Below, piece by piece: positions 9,505 to 18,735 of a DNA stretch of 64,000 nucleotides. This stretch comes from a virus. The stretch covers positions 1-64,000 of IMG/VR virus record IMGVR_UViG_3300037141_000236; one strand, 5' to 3'. Each line of letters opens with the position of its first letter. Positions within the stretch are counted from its first letter, which is position 1. Position numbers and translations under genes: made by a program. The notes beneath the pieces were generated by a model. That model worked only from the letters and a program-made list of their open reading frames with translations, did no database searches and was not told where the DNA came from.

Positions 9505-10221
9505 TTATATACTATATGCTTGATAATACTGTTTGAATCGAGTTAAATTATTCGCTGATCCCATCACAGAGAAATCGCATTCAAATTTTGTTGCCGTCTT
9601 ACTGAAAAACCCTGTTTTCCATTCGCATTCTTTCGTATTGATAAATTCAACTTGGCAACGCGCTCTGTCAGCCAGCTCATGAATGAAAACTTCAGGATGA
9701 AATTTACACTTGAAGCTATTTTTGTAACGATACACTTTTATTTCTTCGTATGAAGAACTGGAATAACTCTTTTTGTGTCGGTTACCTTCTCGTTTCATTT
9801 CAGCCCACTGACGGAATAAATGATCCATGCTTGGATCACCACCTGTGGCTGCTTTGAACTTTCTTAAAAGCTCTTCTACATCCATATCTTCCGCATCTTC
9901 AAAATAGCCATCGCGGTTACTAGTCCTTCCATATCGCGGATCATCATAATATGGGCCATCCTTTTCAGTTTGGTAGGCTTTCTTTTGTTGGCGAGTATGT
10001 TCCCGCATGGCTTCTTCCGGACTATTATAAGACTTATATTCAGGTTTTGGTGGAGCTGGTTCGTTTAGTTCCGAAGTGGTAATAGAATACTTGGTGATCA
10101 TCTCTTGGGCTTTACGAGAAGCTGTTTCTGCAGCACCTTTATTACCAAGCTTACTTTCACTGGCAGATAAAGCACGCATTTTACGTACCTTATCGATTTT
10201 GTCACTCCGTTCTTTGTCCAT
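9505..10221 (-). CDS. DUF2786 domain protein
   Basis: N-terminal KIDKVRKMRALS...AAETASRKAQEMITKYSI. Confidence 0.65.
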   Translation of the reverse strand: MDKERSDKIDKVRKMRALSASESKLGNKGAAETASRKAQEMITKYSITTSELNEPAPPKPEYKSYNSPEEAMREHTRQQKKAYQTEKDGPYYDDPRYGRTSNRDGYFEDAEDMDVEELLRKFKAATGGDPSMDHLFRQWAEMKREGNRHKKSYSSSSYEEIKVYRYKNSFKCKFHPEVFIHELADRARCQVEFINTKECEWKTGFFSKTATKFECDFSVMGSANNLTRFKQYYQAYSI

Positions 10222-10293
10222 TTTGTAAAGATATAGACAAACCGGTTAAGTTTTAACCTTTCAGTTAGTATTTATAGGAAATAACGTAACGTA

Positions 10294-10434
10294 ATGGATA
10301 AAGAAACTAAATTAAAGCTAGCTTTGCTTAGACAAAAGGTTGAGAAGTTAACCGGGAAAAAGGTTAAATTCATAAAAGAATCAAAATCCGACGGCTGTGG
10401 TTGCGGCTGTGGATGCAACGGAAAGAAAAAATAA
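10294..10434 (+). CDS. 46-aa late mini-protein with KLTGKKVKF motif and CGCGCGC tail (not in ORF track)
   Basis: MDKETKLKLALLRQKVEKLTGKKVKFIKESKSDGCGCGCGCNGKKK; TATTTATA box at 10269-10276. Confidence 0.7.
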   Translation: MDKETKLKLALLRQKVEKLTGKKVKFIKESKSDGCGCGCGCNGKKK

Positions 10435-10584
10435 TTACTTCTTCCGTTTAATATAAGAATGGGCTCGTCTAAACATCGAGCCTATTTGCTGTGTAAGAGC
10501 GTTGTCGTTAAGGATAGATAAAAAGTTCAAGTGTGCGTCATGATCGGCGCATAATCCAAAGACGTGTAAGATTTCGTGGTACAT
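10435..10584 (-). CDS. 49-aa hypothetical protein (not in ORF track)
   Basis: MYHEILHVFGLCADHDAHLNFL...; starts 2 nt after the helicase stop and abuts the convergent gene. Confidence 0.55.
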   Translation of the reverse strand: MYHEILHVFGLCADHDAHLNFLSILNDNALTQQIGSMFRRAHSYIKRKK

Positions 10585-10586
10585 AA

Positions 10587-13187
10587 TTAATATTTGTTTT
10601 GTTTAAGCTTATTGTAAATTTCTTTAATCATACTCTCTTTTCCAAAGCTATCTATTTCTTTACCTTCGATGGCCTGGTCGATATTATACATCTTCACCTT
10701 CAAGGCTTCGAACATTATACTATCAATTGAGTTATCATATATAGGATACCAAATATTAACCAATTCAGTTTGACCTATTCTATATAACCTATCTTCAGCT
10801 TGACGCATTACTGCAGGACTCCAAGATAAGTCATTCATTATAGCCACAGTTGCTCTTGTCAATGTTAATCCAAATGAAGCAATTGCCAGATTACAAACTA
10901 ATACAGAAGGACCTTTCACGGATTGAAATAAGTCAACACGTCTTTGTCTTTCATGAATATCTAATCGACAATCTAAAGTAAGACATTCAGCTCCAAATTC
11001 TTTTTGGAATGTATCAATGACATCAATATAGTTTGTAAAGATAACGACCTTCTTGTTTTGTTCTAAAGCATTCCTTACTAATTCAGCAGTAGAACCATCT
11101 TTAGCTTTCTGTAAGGCTGTAAATTTCCTTAATACAGCAAGTTCAACAAATGCTTCTCCAAATTCAGATAGTTGTTTACCATAGTCTTCAGCAAGAGGAT
11201 CTAAACTGTCTTCGTATTTCTTCTCGTAATAGATTTCAACAGCACATTCATATTCTTTAAGTGTTCTTGCATCTAACTCCAAATACATTGGGGTTCTTAC
11301 TTTTGGAGGCAAGTCTAACACTTCTTCCTTTTTCCTCCTTAGAATAATGTTTTGTGTCTTATAATGTAATTCTTTAAGGTTAGAGGCTCCATTGTAATCA
11401 TAACCCCATTGAGTAAGTTGTCCTCCGCAGTTTTTAGAACAAAACCCATAAGCAATATAATTTCCTAAAGAAGTAGTTAAAGTATATACGGTGTGTATTC
11501 CTTTTAAGGGGATAATTTTTATAATTTTAGGTTTATCTGAAAGAAATGTATGGTTTGCCTTAGTGATAAAACTCCACAATTTCCTGGTTAATGCAGGTTT
11601 ACATAAATCAAAAAACCGCAAAGTTTCTTTTTTTGTACCTAGAATTCTTATTATTTCAATGGGATTTCTAAATTTAGATATTTGTGTTCTTATAGAATAT
11701 TCAAATCCTAAAAACTTAATACCTTTACAAATTAAATTTGTTGTTTCTGTATTAATTATTTTACTTTGCGAGAATGTATCATTACAACCTTCGGCGTCAT
11801 AAATCCCTGCCATAAATCCCCGCCAACCATCAATGTTTTGCGCAAATGGACGTGTGAAGAAACCCCAAGATTCGTTAATATCATTATGTGATAAGTTAAT
11901 AATTGAATTTCTTTTGTTTATATTTATGTGATATGTAAACTTAAAATAATCTAAGTATTTTTTTATTCTTTCTATTATTTCTTGATCATTTGATGCAAAA
12001 CTAATTTGTTGCCGCACCAAAATTGCTTTGGATGTGTTTATTGTTTTGTGCGGATATTCTTTATATTCATATTTCCTGCTCATATGCCCATCACCCCTGA
12101 TTGCACCAGATAAATAACCGAACATATAATCCTCAGTTTCTTCTAAAGAAAACTGTGTTGCATAAACATAAGAAAGGGGATTTCCTATCATGGGTGTTTC
12201 ATAAGTATTTGTCTTATGGTTTAACCATCTATGATCTGGTGTACATATTATTTCTGTTTTGTCTGATAAAATAATTTTTTGTAGAGAAGATTGTTTTTGC
12301 ATAGTACCTAAAACCTCTGCTATGGCTAATTCATTGTTAAATCCGATACCATCTTTTTTAAACCAACCAACTACACGATCTCCTGTTTTTACGTTTTTTA
12401 TTAATTTCTCCGACAAATCACTCATTAAAATCGGAGCTTCTCCAGGCAAACAATATTGCTGGCCAAATACTTGTTTGTTCTTTCCTAAATCGTGTTTACA
12501 AACTTTCAATAGATTATAGAAGTCGATTGGCTTATTAGCAATTGGAGTTCCAGTTAATAACCAAACTCTTTTAGATTTATTAGCTATCTTACCGAAAGCT
12601 TTACTTCTTTGGCTTTGCATATTTTTAATCATATGCGCCTCATCAGCAATAACTAGTTCAAACTTCTCTTTAATAATCTTCTCTTGGAATTTCTTAAGTA
12701 CATCGTAATTGACAATCGTGAAACGTCTAGGCTCCCATGTCTTATTAATGACAGCTACATCAGAACAGAATGGAATAATTTCTTTTGCCCAATTTAGTTT
12801 AAGAGAAGCAGGGCATACAATAAGTATTCTACTTGCGTTCAATTCTAAAGCAGCTACGATTGCTTGTAATGATTTACCCAAACCCATATCATCTCCAAGG
12901 ATAGCTTTATCTTTATTCAAAAGCCAATTGATTCCCAATCTTTGAAATGGATAAGGAGCTCTGAAGTTATATCTATCCCAATCAATCTTAAACTCTTTGA
13001 TCTTATCTTGAACGATTGTCTTATCATCAGTTTTGATGGCATGAGTCATTAAGAACTTCTTTCCCAAAGTAATTTGAGTGAAAGAAAGCTCTTCGCCTTT
13101 AATAACAAGCTCTTGTAAGGACTTAAGATAAACATTATCTCCAGTGTAATCTTTTAATCTTGTACAAAGTTCTTTATAGTTTGTCAT
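10587..13187 (-). CDS. SNF2/SWI2-family helicase, intein-containing
   Basis: GDDMGLGKS, IVCPASLKLNW, DEAH, LLTGTP, QAEDRLYRIGQ. Confidence 0.92.
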   Translation of the reverse strand: MTNYKELCTRLKDYTGDNVYLKSLQELVIKGEELSFTQITLGKKFLMTHAIKTDDKTIVQDKIKEFKIDWDRYNFRAPYPFQRLGINWLLNKDKAILGDDMGLGKSLQAIVAALELNASRILIVCPASLKLNWAKEIIPFCSDVAVINKTWEPRRFTIVNYDVLKKFQEKIIKEKFELVIADEAHMIKNMQSQRSKAFGKIANKSKRVWLLTGTPIANKPIDFYNLLKVCKHDLGKNKQVFGQQYCLPGEAPILMSDLSEKLIKNVKTGDRVVGWFKKDGIGFNNELAIAEVLGTMQKQSSLQKIILSDKTEIICTPDHRWLNHKTNTYETPMIGNPLSYVYATQFSLEETEDYMFGYLSGAIRGDGHMSRKYEYKEYPHKTINTSKAILVRQQISFASNDQEIIERIKKYLDYFKFTYHININKRNSIINLSHNDINESWGFFTRPFAQNIDGWRGFMAGIYDAEGCNDTFSQSKIINTETTNLICKGIKFLGFEYSIRTQISKFRNPIEIIRILGTKKETLRFFDLCKPALTRKLWSFITKANHTFLSDKPKIIKIIPLKGIHTVYTLTTSLGNYIAYGFCSKNCGGQLTQWGYDYNGASNLKELHYKTQNIILRRKKEEVLDLPPKVRTPMYLELDARTLKEYECAVEIYYEKKYEDSLDPLAEDYGKQLSEFGEAFVELAVLRKFTALQKAKDGSTAELVRNALEQNKKVVIFTNYIDVIDTFQKEFGAECLTLDCRLDIHERQRRVDLFQSVKGPSVLVCNLAIASFGLTLTRATVAIMNDLSWSPAVMRQAEDRLYRIGQTELVNIWYPIYDNSIDSIMFEALKVKMYNIDQAIEGKEIDSFGKESMIKEIYNKLKQNKY
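11430..12452 (-). mobile_element. Intein with LAGLIDADG endonuclease (341 aa)
   Basis: Junctions QQY/CLPGEAPILMSD and YGFCSKN/CGG; block B CTPDHRW; LAGLIDADG-like YLSGAIRGDG and FMAGIYDAEG. Confidence 0.9.
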
Positions 13188-13813
13188 GCTCCAAATAGTT
13201 TACTGTAAAGCCTATCTCCAAAAGAAATAAACTCAGATGAAAAAAGGTCTTTATATAAATCGTATTCTTTTTCTGTATTACAAACGATCTTAACTTCTTT
13301 AATATTATAGTTTTCAGCGTTCGTAATTAATGATCTGATAAAGTGTTTGATTGTCTTGTCAGGCGTTTCGCCACAAATGAATGTAGGAAAAGGCGTTAAA
13401 GCAATTTTACGCATAGTTAAATGTGTACGAGAATATTCATTCACCAAAGCTAATGCATAATTAACGGTAGAAAGAAATAAGTTAGCTTGATTTTCTTTTT
13501 CTTCTTTGATTCTATAATTAGGCACAACACAATGAATGATATTCTTGGCTGGAAGCATTCCAGCAGATGTTATAACGGCTTCTCCCACCTGTAATACTTT
13601 CACCCCTGTATGATCAGGCTTACCAAAACGAGCTAATGCTCCTTGGCATTCTTTACTGATACTAGATCCGGCTTCATTATGGATTTCCATAAATGTCTTA
13701 TCACCCTTATCTAATTCGGGAACAGTCCAGTTAAATAACATATCAGTCTTTTCAGACTTGACTGGGCTTTTGGTAACTATGAAGAAGACTCCTCCTATTT
13801 TGTATTTGAACAT
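13184..13813 (-). CDS. Divergent macrodomain protein (MacroD/YmdB-like fold)
   Basis: Retains LQVGEAVITSAGMLPAKNIIHCVVP and KIALTP; lacks GDIT, NAAN and GGGV. Confidence 0.7.
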   Translation of the reverse strand: MFKYKIGGVFFIVTKSPVKSEKTDMLFNWTVPELDKGDKTFMEIHNEAGSSISKECQGALARFGKPDHTGVKVLQVGEAVITSAGMLPAKNIIHCVVPNYRIKEEKENQANLFLSTVNYALALVNEYSRTHLTMRKIALTPFPTFICGETPDKTIKHFIRSLITNAENYNIKEVKIVCNTEKEYDLYKDLFSSEFISFGDRLYSKLFGA

Positions 13814-13880
13814 TATGTTTATTTAGTGCAGAATTATACTTAAATTTAGTAATTAATAGAGACATTCTCAATCTTCATAT

Positions 13881-14795
13881 ATGAAACACATTCTATTGAT
13901 CTTATTCGCTTTTATAGGTTTAAACATGTTTGCACAGACTTGTAAAAATTACTATATTCCCGATTCTTTAATACATAAAGGTAAAGCTATGATCCCTAAC
14001 ATCTTGGGTGGCACGTGCTCAAGCCCTGATGGGGTTGTTATGCAAATCCTTGCAGCTCCTGGAAGTTATAACGACTTATTTGATGGAGGATATTGTTATG
14101 CAATCGGCCCCACGAAGAATTTCACCATGTGTTTTACATTTACAGCCCCGGGACCAGACATAGATATCAATTCAGGTTATGAATCTTCCGGATGTAATTC
14201 AACAAACTTTAACTCAATTGATTTATATACTTGTGATCCAGCATGTACTTTCGTAGGCTCAGGTACAAGCTTTGTGGGTTTAACCACAGGCCAGTGTTAT
14301 ACCTGGTGTTTAACAGGGCATTGTGGAGGACCAGGACCAGGCTTCGATGAAGTATGTCCGTATTTCATAGATCAAACACCATTACCCATCACATTACTTT
14401 ATTTTAAAGGGTATTACAAAGATAAACTTATATATCTTGCTTGGGCTTCAGCAACTGAAACAAATAACAATTATTATAGCCTTGATAGAAGTATAGATGG
14501 TTTAATATGGACTCACTTGTTAAATATTACCGGTGAAGGAACAACAACTGAAACACAATATTATAGAGCAATTGATTCAAACCCTGTGATAGGCACTGAT
14601 TATTATAGATTAACACAAGTAGACTTCAACGGAACATCCGTTTCTTATACACCAATCGCGGTTAATGTACCATACTTCCAAAAAAAAATAATTAAGATCA
14701 CAAATGAGCTTGGACAAGAGATTACTTCAACCACCAAAGGCTTTTTCGTTATCTTTTATGATAACGGTACCATATCCAAAGGGTACAAATATTAA
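13881..14795 (+). CDS. Secreted Cys-rich protein with Bacteroidota T9SS-type C-terminal region
   Basis: Signal peptide MKHILLILFAFIGLNMFA-Q; PLPITLLYF..W.SATETNN..Y.LDRS.DG..YYRL.QVDFNG; C-terminal KIIKITNELGQEI..GFFVIFYDNGTISK. Confidence 0.75.
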   Translation: MKHILLILFAFIGLNMFAQTCKNYYIPDSLIHKGKAMIPNILGGTCSSPDGVVMQILAAPGSYNDLFDGGYCYAIGPTKNFTMCFTFTAPGPDIDINSGYESSGCNSTNFNSIDLYTCDPACTFVGSGTSFVGLTTGQCYTWCLTGHCGGPGPGFDEVCPYFIDQTPLPITLLYFKGYYKDKLIYLAWASATETNNNYYSLDRSIDGLIWTHLLNITGEGTTTETQYYRAIDSNPVIGTDYYRLTQVDFNGTSVSYTPIAVNVPYFQKKIIKITNELGQEITSTTKGFFVIFYDNGTISKGYKY

Positions 14796-14852
14796 TTCCT
14801 TCCCTCTCCAATAAACCATTCGTAAGCAATATTTATACTAAATACTGCGCGA

Positions 14853-15620
14853 ATGCTATTGGATATGAGTGACGATGAAATTATCATTTATAAAACGACA
14901 AATCTTATTACTGGTAAAATTTATGTTGGAAAACATACTACTGGTAAGAAAAACTATCTGGGTTCGGGTAAGTGGCTTAAACGTTCTGTAAAGAAATATG
15001 GAAGACATAATTTTAAAAGAGAAGTGTTAGAAACTTGTACTTCGCTGGAAGAATTAGATATTCGGGAAATTTATTGGATAGCACAATTAGACGCTAGAAA
15101 CCCCAAAATAGGTTATAATTTGAATAAAGGTGGTCTAGGAAATAGTAGTGAAGATGTGTCAGGAAGAAAAAACCCTATGTACAATAAAAAGCATAAAGAA
15201 AGTTCTAAAAAATTAATGTCTTTAAAACGTATAGGAAAATCTAATATTATAAAGGGCAAAACTTGGGATGAAGTATATGGTTTTGAAAAGGCCAATAAAA
15301 TAAGAAAAAAATGCAGTAAGAAAAGAATAGGCGTTTCTCTAAACTTATCTCCTGAAGCATTAGTTTTAAAAAAGATACAGGGCGAGATTTTAGGCAAAAG
15401 AATCAGAACTCTTAAAGAAAGAGAATTTCTTTCTAAATTAAAGACAAAGTATCAAGTAGAACAAATAGATATTTTAACAGGTAATATCATTTACGTCTGG
15501 CCAAGCGCGAATGAAATAGCGAAACAATTAAAGATTTCTTCACGCGCTATAAGACGTTGTTGCATAGGTAAAGCACATACTACTTACAATTATAAATGGC
15601 GATATAAAATTATAGATTAA
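14853..15620 (+). CDS. GIY-YIG homing endonuclease with NUMOD3/NUMOD1 (Seg-like)
   Basis: IIYKTTNLITGKIYVGKH..YLGSG, REIYWI, GYNL..GG, NPMY, C-terminal HTH tail. Confidence 0.88.
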   Translation: MLLDMSDDEIIIYKTTNLITGKIYVGKHTTGKKNYLGSGKWLKRSVKKYGRHNFKREVLETCTSLEELDIREIYWIAQLDARNPKIGYNLNKGGLGNSSEDVSGRKNPMYNKKHKESSKKLMSLKRIGKSNIIKGKTWDEVYGFEKANKIRKKCSKKRIGVSLNLSPEALVLKKIQGEILGKRIRTLKEREFLSKLKTKYQVEQIDILTGNIIYVWPSANEIAKQLKISSRAIRRCCIGKAHTTYNYKWRYKIID

Positions 15621-16732
15621 TGTTGTTAGATATGACGCAAGGAGAATTAAGCGAATTGTTGGAGCTGGTACAAACTTTATTGGGTGGAGAAGACGTTGAC
15701 GTTGATATCACCGAAAAAGAAATCAGAATTCTGGCTCGAAGAGCATTAAAAGACTATCTTTATGAAATTGCGCAATGGACAATTAGAAATCAATTCTCCA
15801 ATGTGGTAGGATCATCATCTACAATAGACTTTACTAATAAGTTTGTTATGGATAATGAAATGATCGCTCAGCGTATTTCTGACTGGTTTGCATCCATGCA
15901 AAGAGTTGGTGGTAAAATCCCTTGGAAAAAAGATTATATTGTTTTAGAATCTCTAAGACAAGTATATGACCTATCAACAGAATCATCTGTTCCTTATATT
16001 GCAGGTACTCGTAGAATACACAGAGTAATGTGGTATGGAGCTCCAGAGGTATTTGGTTCAGCCACAGTTGCAGGAGACTTAACAAACACAAACTTATTCT
16101 CTTTCGGTCAATCCGGATTATCTTATGGTAATTCTCCTTTGATGATGTTGGGTAATTTATTCGACGTTATCTTATTAGCTCAAGCTTTAGAATCTAGAAA
16201 CAAAGTATTAAGAAGTGAATTCTTTTATAATCTTTCTGGAGATATGTTAGAAGTAACGCCTACACCTGGAAGACCTTCTGCAGGGAGTTTCCAATCTGGC
16301 GCAAGAGTTTACTATTATTACTTTGATGAATCCGATCCATCCTTCTTAGGTCTTACGACACAAGATGCAACAAATACATTAATTGCTAATCCCACTCAAG
16401 TTAAAATTACAAATCTTCCATATTCTAATATGAATGATATGTCAAAGAGTTGGATTGACAATTATACATTAGCACTAGCTAAATACACACAAGCAGCTAA
16501 ATGGAGAAGAGTAAGAACAATTGCTTCTCCCAATTCAGAATATCAAGTTGAGTTTGACTATGCGTCTTTAATAGATGAATCAAAAGCACAGATAGAAGAC
16601 TTGAGACAAAGACTACAAGATGATCTATTGAAATATCTTGATAGTTTCACCATGATGGAAAACAAAGCAACTCTCACAGAGAATGCTGCGAAGATTAACA
16701 AATACAGTCCTAGAAAATTTTTTATAGGCTAG
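15620..16732 (+). CDS. Neck/head-completion protein (T4 gp13-like)
   Basis: QVYDL, WIDNYTLALAK, C-terminal helix; lies upstream of gp14/gp15/sheath-like genes. Confidence 0.7.
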   Translation: MLLDMTQGELSELLELVQTLLGGEDVDVDITEKEIRILARRALKDYLYEIAQWTIRNQFSNVVGSSSTIDFTNKFVMDNEMIAQRISDWFASMQRVGGKIPWKKDYIVLESLRQVYDLSTESSVPYIAGTRRIHRVMWYGAPEVFGSATVAGDLTNTNLFSFGQSGLSYGNSPLMMLGNLFDVILLAQALESRNKVLRSEFFYNLSGDMLEVTPTPGRPSAGSFQSGARVYYYYFDESDPSFLGLTTQDATNTLIANPTQVKITNLPYSNMNDMSKSWIDNYTLALAKYTQAAKWRRVRTIASPNSEYQVEFDYASLIDESKAQIEDLRQRLQDDLLKYLDSFTMMENKATLTENAAKINKYSPRKFFIG

Positions 16733-16776
16733 CTCGGCTAATTAATAAATTTTAACCATATTTAAAAGAAACAAAT

Positions 16777-17649
16777 ATGGAAATGAAAACAACATTTATT
16801 TACGCATTAATTGATCCTAGAACTAAACAACCAAAGTACATAGGAAAAGCTAATAAACCAGAAAAACGCTTATACGAACATTTAAGGTGTAAAGGTTGTA
16901 ATAAAAAAACAAATTGGATAAAGAAATTAAAATCTTTAGAGCTAAAACCAACATTGGAAATACTTGATGAAATTCCATTTAGTGAATGGGAATTTTGGGA
17001 AATGCATTATATTAGTTTGTATAAATCTTGGGGATTCAATTTAGTGAATGGAACAAAAGGTGGAGAAGGTGCAGATGAAATTATGGCTATGAAAATAGCA
17101 CAATCTTTAAAAGGTCATAAACAAAGTCAATCTAGCATTAATAAGAGATTAGCGAGTCGCCGAAAACGACAAGAGAAAACAGGATCTTGGTCAAAACCGG
17201 GCACATATGAAAAGATAAAAGCTGTAAGAGAAAAGAATAATAGTTATAAATCTATTTGGACGTCTGAATTAAAAGCGAAGCAATCTAATAGTATTAAAGA
17301 AGCTTATAAAAAAGGCACTAAAGTATTAAGTGGAGGAGTATTAACACCTAAATTAGGAAAACTAAATGGTGTATCGCGTTCCGTTGTACAATATGATTTA
17401 AGAGGCAATAAGATTAGAGAATGGGAAAGCGCAAAACAAGCAGGAGAAAGTTTAGGGTTATTTGGTAGAGGTTGTGGAAGTGCCATTATCTCATGTTGTA
17501 AATTAAAAGGATTATCGTCAAAAGGATTTATCTGGTTATATAAAGAATCAGAAGTAACACCACGAGAGGTGATAAAGAAAATAGAAGAACGTAAAGAATT
17601 TGTGAAACAAAATATGAGAGCGAAACAAAGTTTAAGGTGGAATGCATAA
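16777..17649 (+). CDS. GIY-YIG homing endonuclease with NUMOD domains
   Basis: FIYALIDPRT..KYIGKA..RLYEH, WEMHYI, N.TKGGEG, VVQYDLRGNKIREWES. Confidence 0.88.
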   Translation: MEMKTTFIYALIDPRTKQPKYIGKANKPEKRLYEHLRCKGCNKKTNWIKKLKSLELKPTLEILDEIPFSEWEFWEMHYISLYKSWGFNLVNGTKGGEGADEIMAMKIAQSLKGHKQSQSSINKRLASRRKRQEKTGSWSKPGTYEKIKAVREKNNSYKSIWTSELKAKQSNSIKEAYKKGTKVLSGGVLTPKLGKLNGVSRSVVQYDLRGNKIREWESAKQAGESLGLFGRGCGSAIISCCKLKGLSSKGFIWLYKESEVTPREVIKKIEERKEFVKQNMRAKQSLRWNA

Positions 17650-18157
17650 TCAATTCTTAGAATCTATTATTAGAAGAATCTGTGAAGAGCCTGAAATTAC
17701 GACAGCTCCTAATTTAGATGTTCCTTATAATAAGAAAAAAGGGTATCACGAAATTAATAATGAGGACTTTGCTCTTCGTTATGATATAGTGGGAAATTCT
17801 TTACAATTAATGTGGATCCGTAATAAAACCAATAGGATTAAAGGGATTGATATATTTAAACAACTAGTTAAGTATGCGCAATCTATTAATATGGATGATA
17901 TCTATGGCTGGTGGGTTGATGGTACAATTGATAAGGTTCCTGCCACAGGGTATTACATTGGAATGAAATGGGGCTTTATGGCAGTAGATGGAATCAAGTT
18001 TGTAAATAAACAATTGAAAACAAATTATCCGGATATGGCAGCTGCACATGCAGACCCTAATTTTTTACCCATGTGGAAAGCAAAAGGAAGAAACTTCACA
18101 GGTGAATTCGATCTTAAGCCAGGATCATTGTCTCTACAAATACTAAGTAAACTATAA
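17642..18157 (+). CDS. Hypothetical protein, possible GNAT-like fold, with head-protein-type N-terminal motif
   Basis: N-terminus MHNQFLESIIRRICEE; KGIDIFKQLVKYAQS...GYYIGMKWGF. Confidence 0.55.
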   Translation: MHNQFLESIIRRICEEPEITTAPNLDVPYNKKKGYHEINNEDFALRYDIVGNSLQLMWIRNKTNRIKGIDIFKQLVKYAQSINMDDIYGWWVDGTIDKVPATGYYIGMKWGFMAVDGIKFVNKQLKTNYPDMAAAHADPNFLPMWKAKGRNFTGEFDLKPGSLSLQILSKL

Positions 18158-18735
18158 TGGCTGATACAGCTAAAGAAAGTGGTTCGGGTAAGGCGTTTTA
18201 TGGAGATAAGACTTCTAATTATTTAAAGAAGGTATCTCGCGAGTCTGTTGAAAAGCATACTAATACTTCTGTATTGTTCTTTGCAGTGGATTACGAACGT
18301 TCTAAGAGGAACTTCTATGGTGAACTTATTATTCGTGTTTGGACAAACCCAATCGGAATAGAAGTTAAAGGAGTTATCCAATTAGATGAAGGTACAGACG
18401 TTGTAGTTGAAGACATTCCTAATAAAATCATACAATTGAATTTCAGTTGTTATATTGCTCATTTAAGAGAGCTGGGAATAGATCCTCAGATAGGGGATTA
18501 CTTCTCAACTAAGAATAGAATCTATATGATTCACAATAAGACAATTTTAGATGCCAACGAAACTGCCATCATGACAGATAGAGAAGCATTATACATAAAA
18601 TATGACTGTGTACAAGCGGACGACGAGCAATTGGTTCCTCCAGGCTCTTACGATGGAGCTCCTCTGGGAACGAAGAACGAAATTACAGGACAACAACAAT
18701 ATGATACTGGCACTCCACAGAGTCCAAAACAATAA
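18157..18735 (+). CDS. Neck/head-closure protein (T4 gp14-like)
   Basis: NFYGE, HLRELGIDPQIGDYF; synteny. Confidence 0.6.
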   Translation: MADTAKESGSGKAFYGDKTSNYLKKVSRESVEKHTNTSVLFFAVDYERSKRNFYGELIIRVWTNPIGIEVKGVIQLDEGTDVVVEDIPNKIIQLNFSCYIAHLRELGIDPQIGDYFSTKNRIYMIHNKTILDANETAIMTDREALYIKYDCVQADDEQLVPPGSYDGAPLGTKNEITGQQQYDTGTPQSPKQ

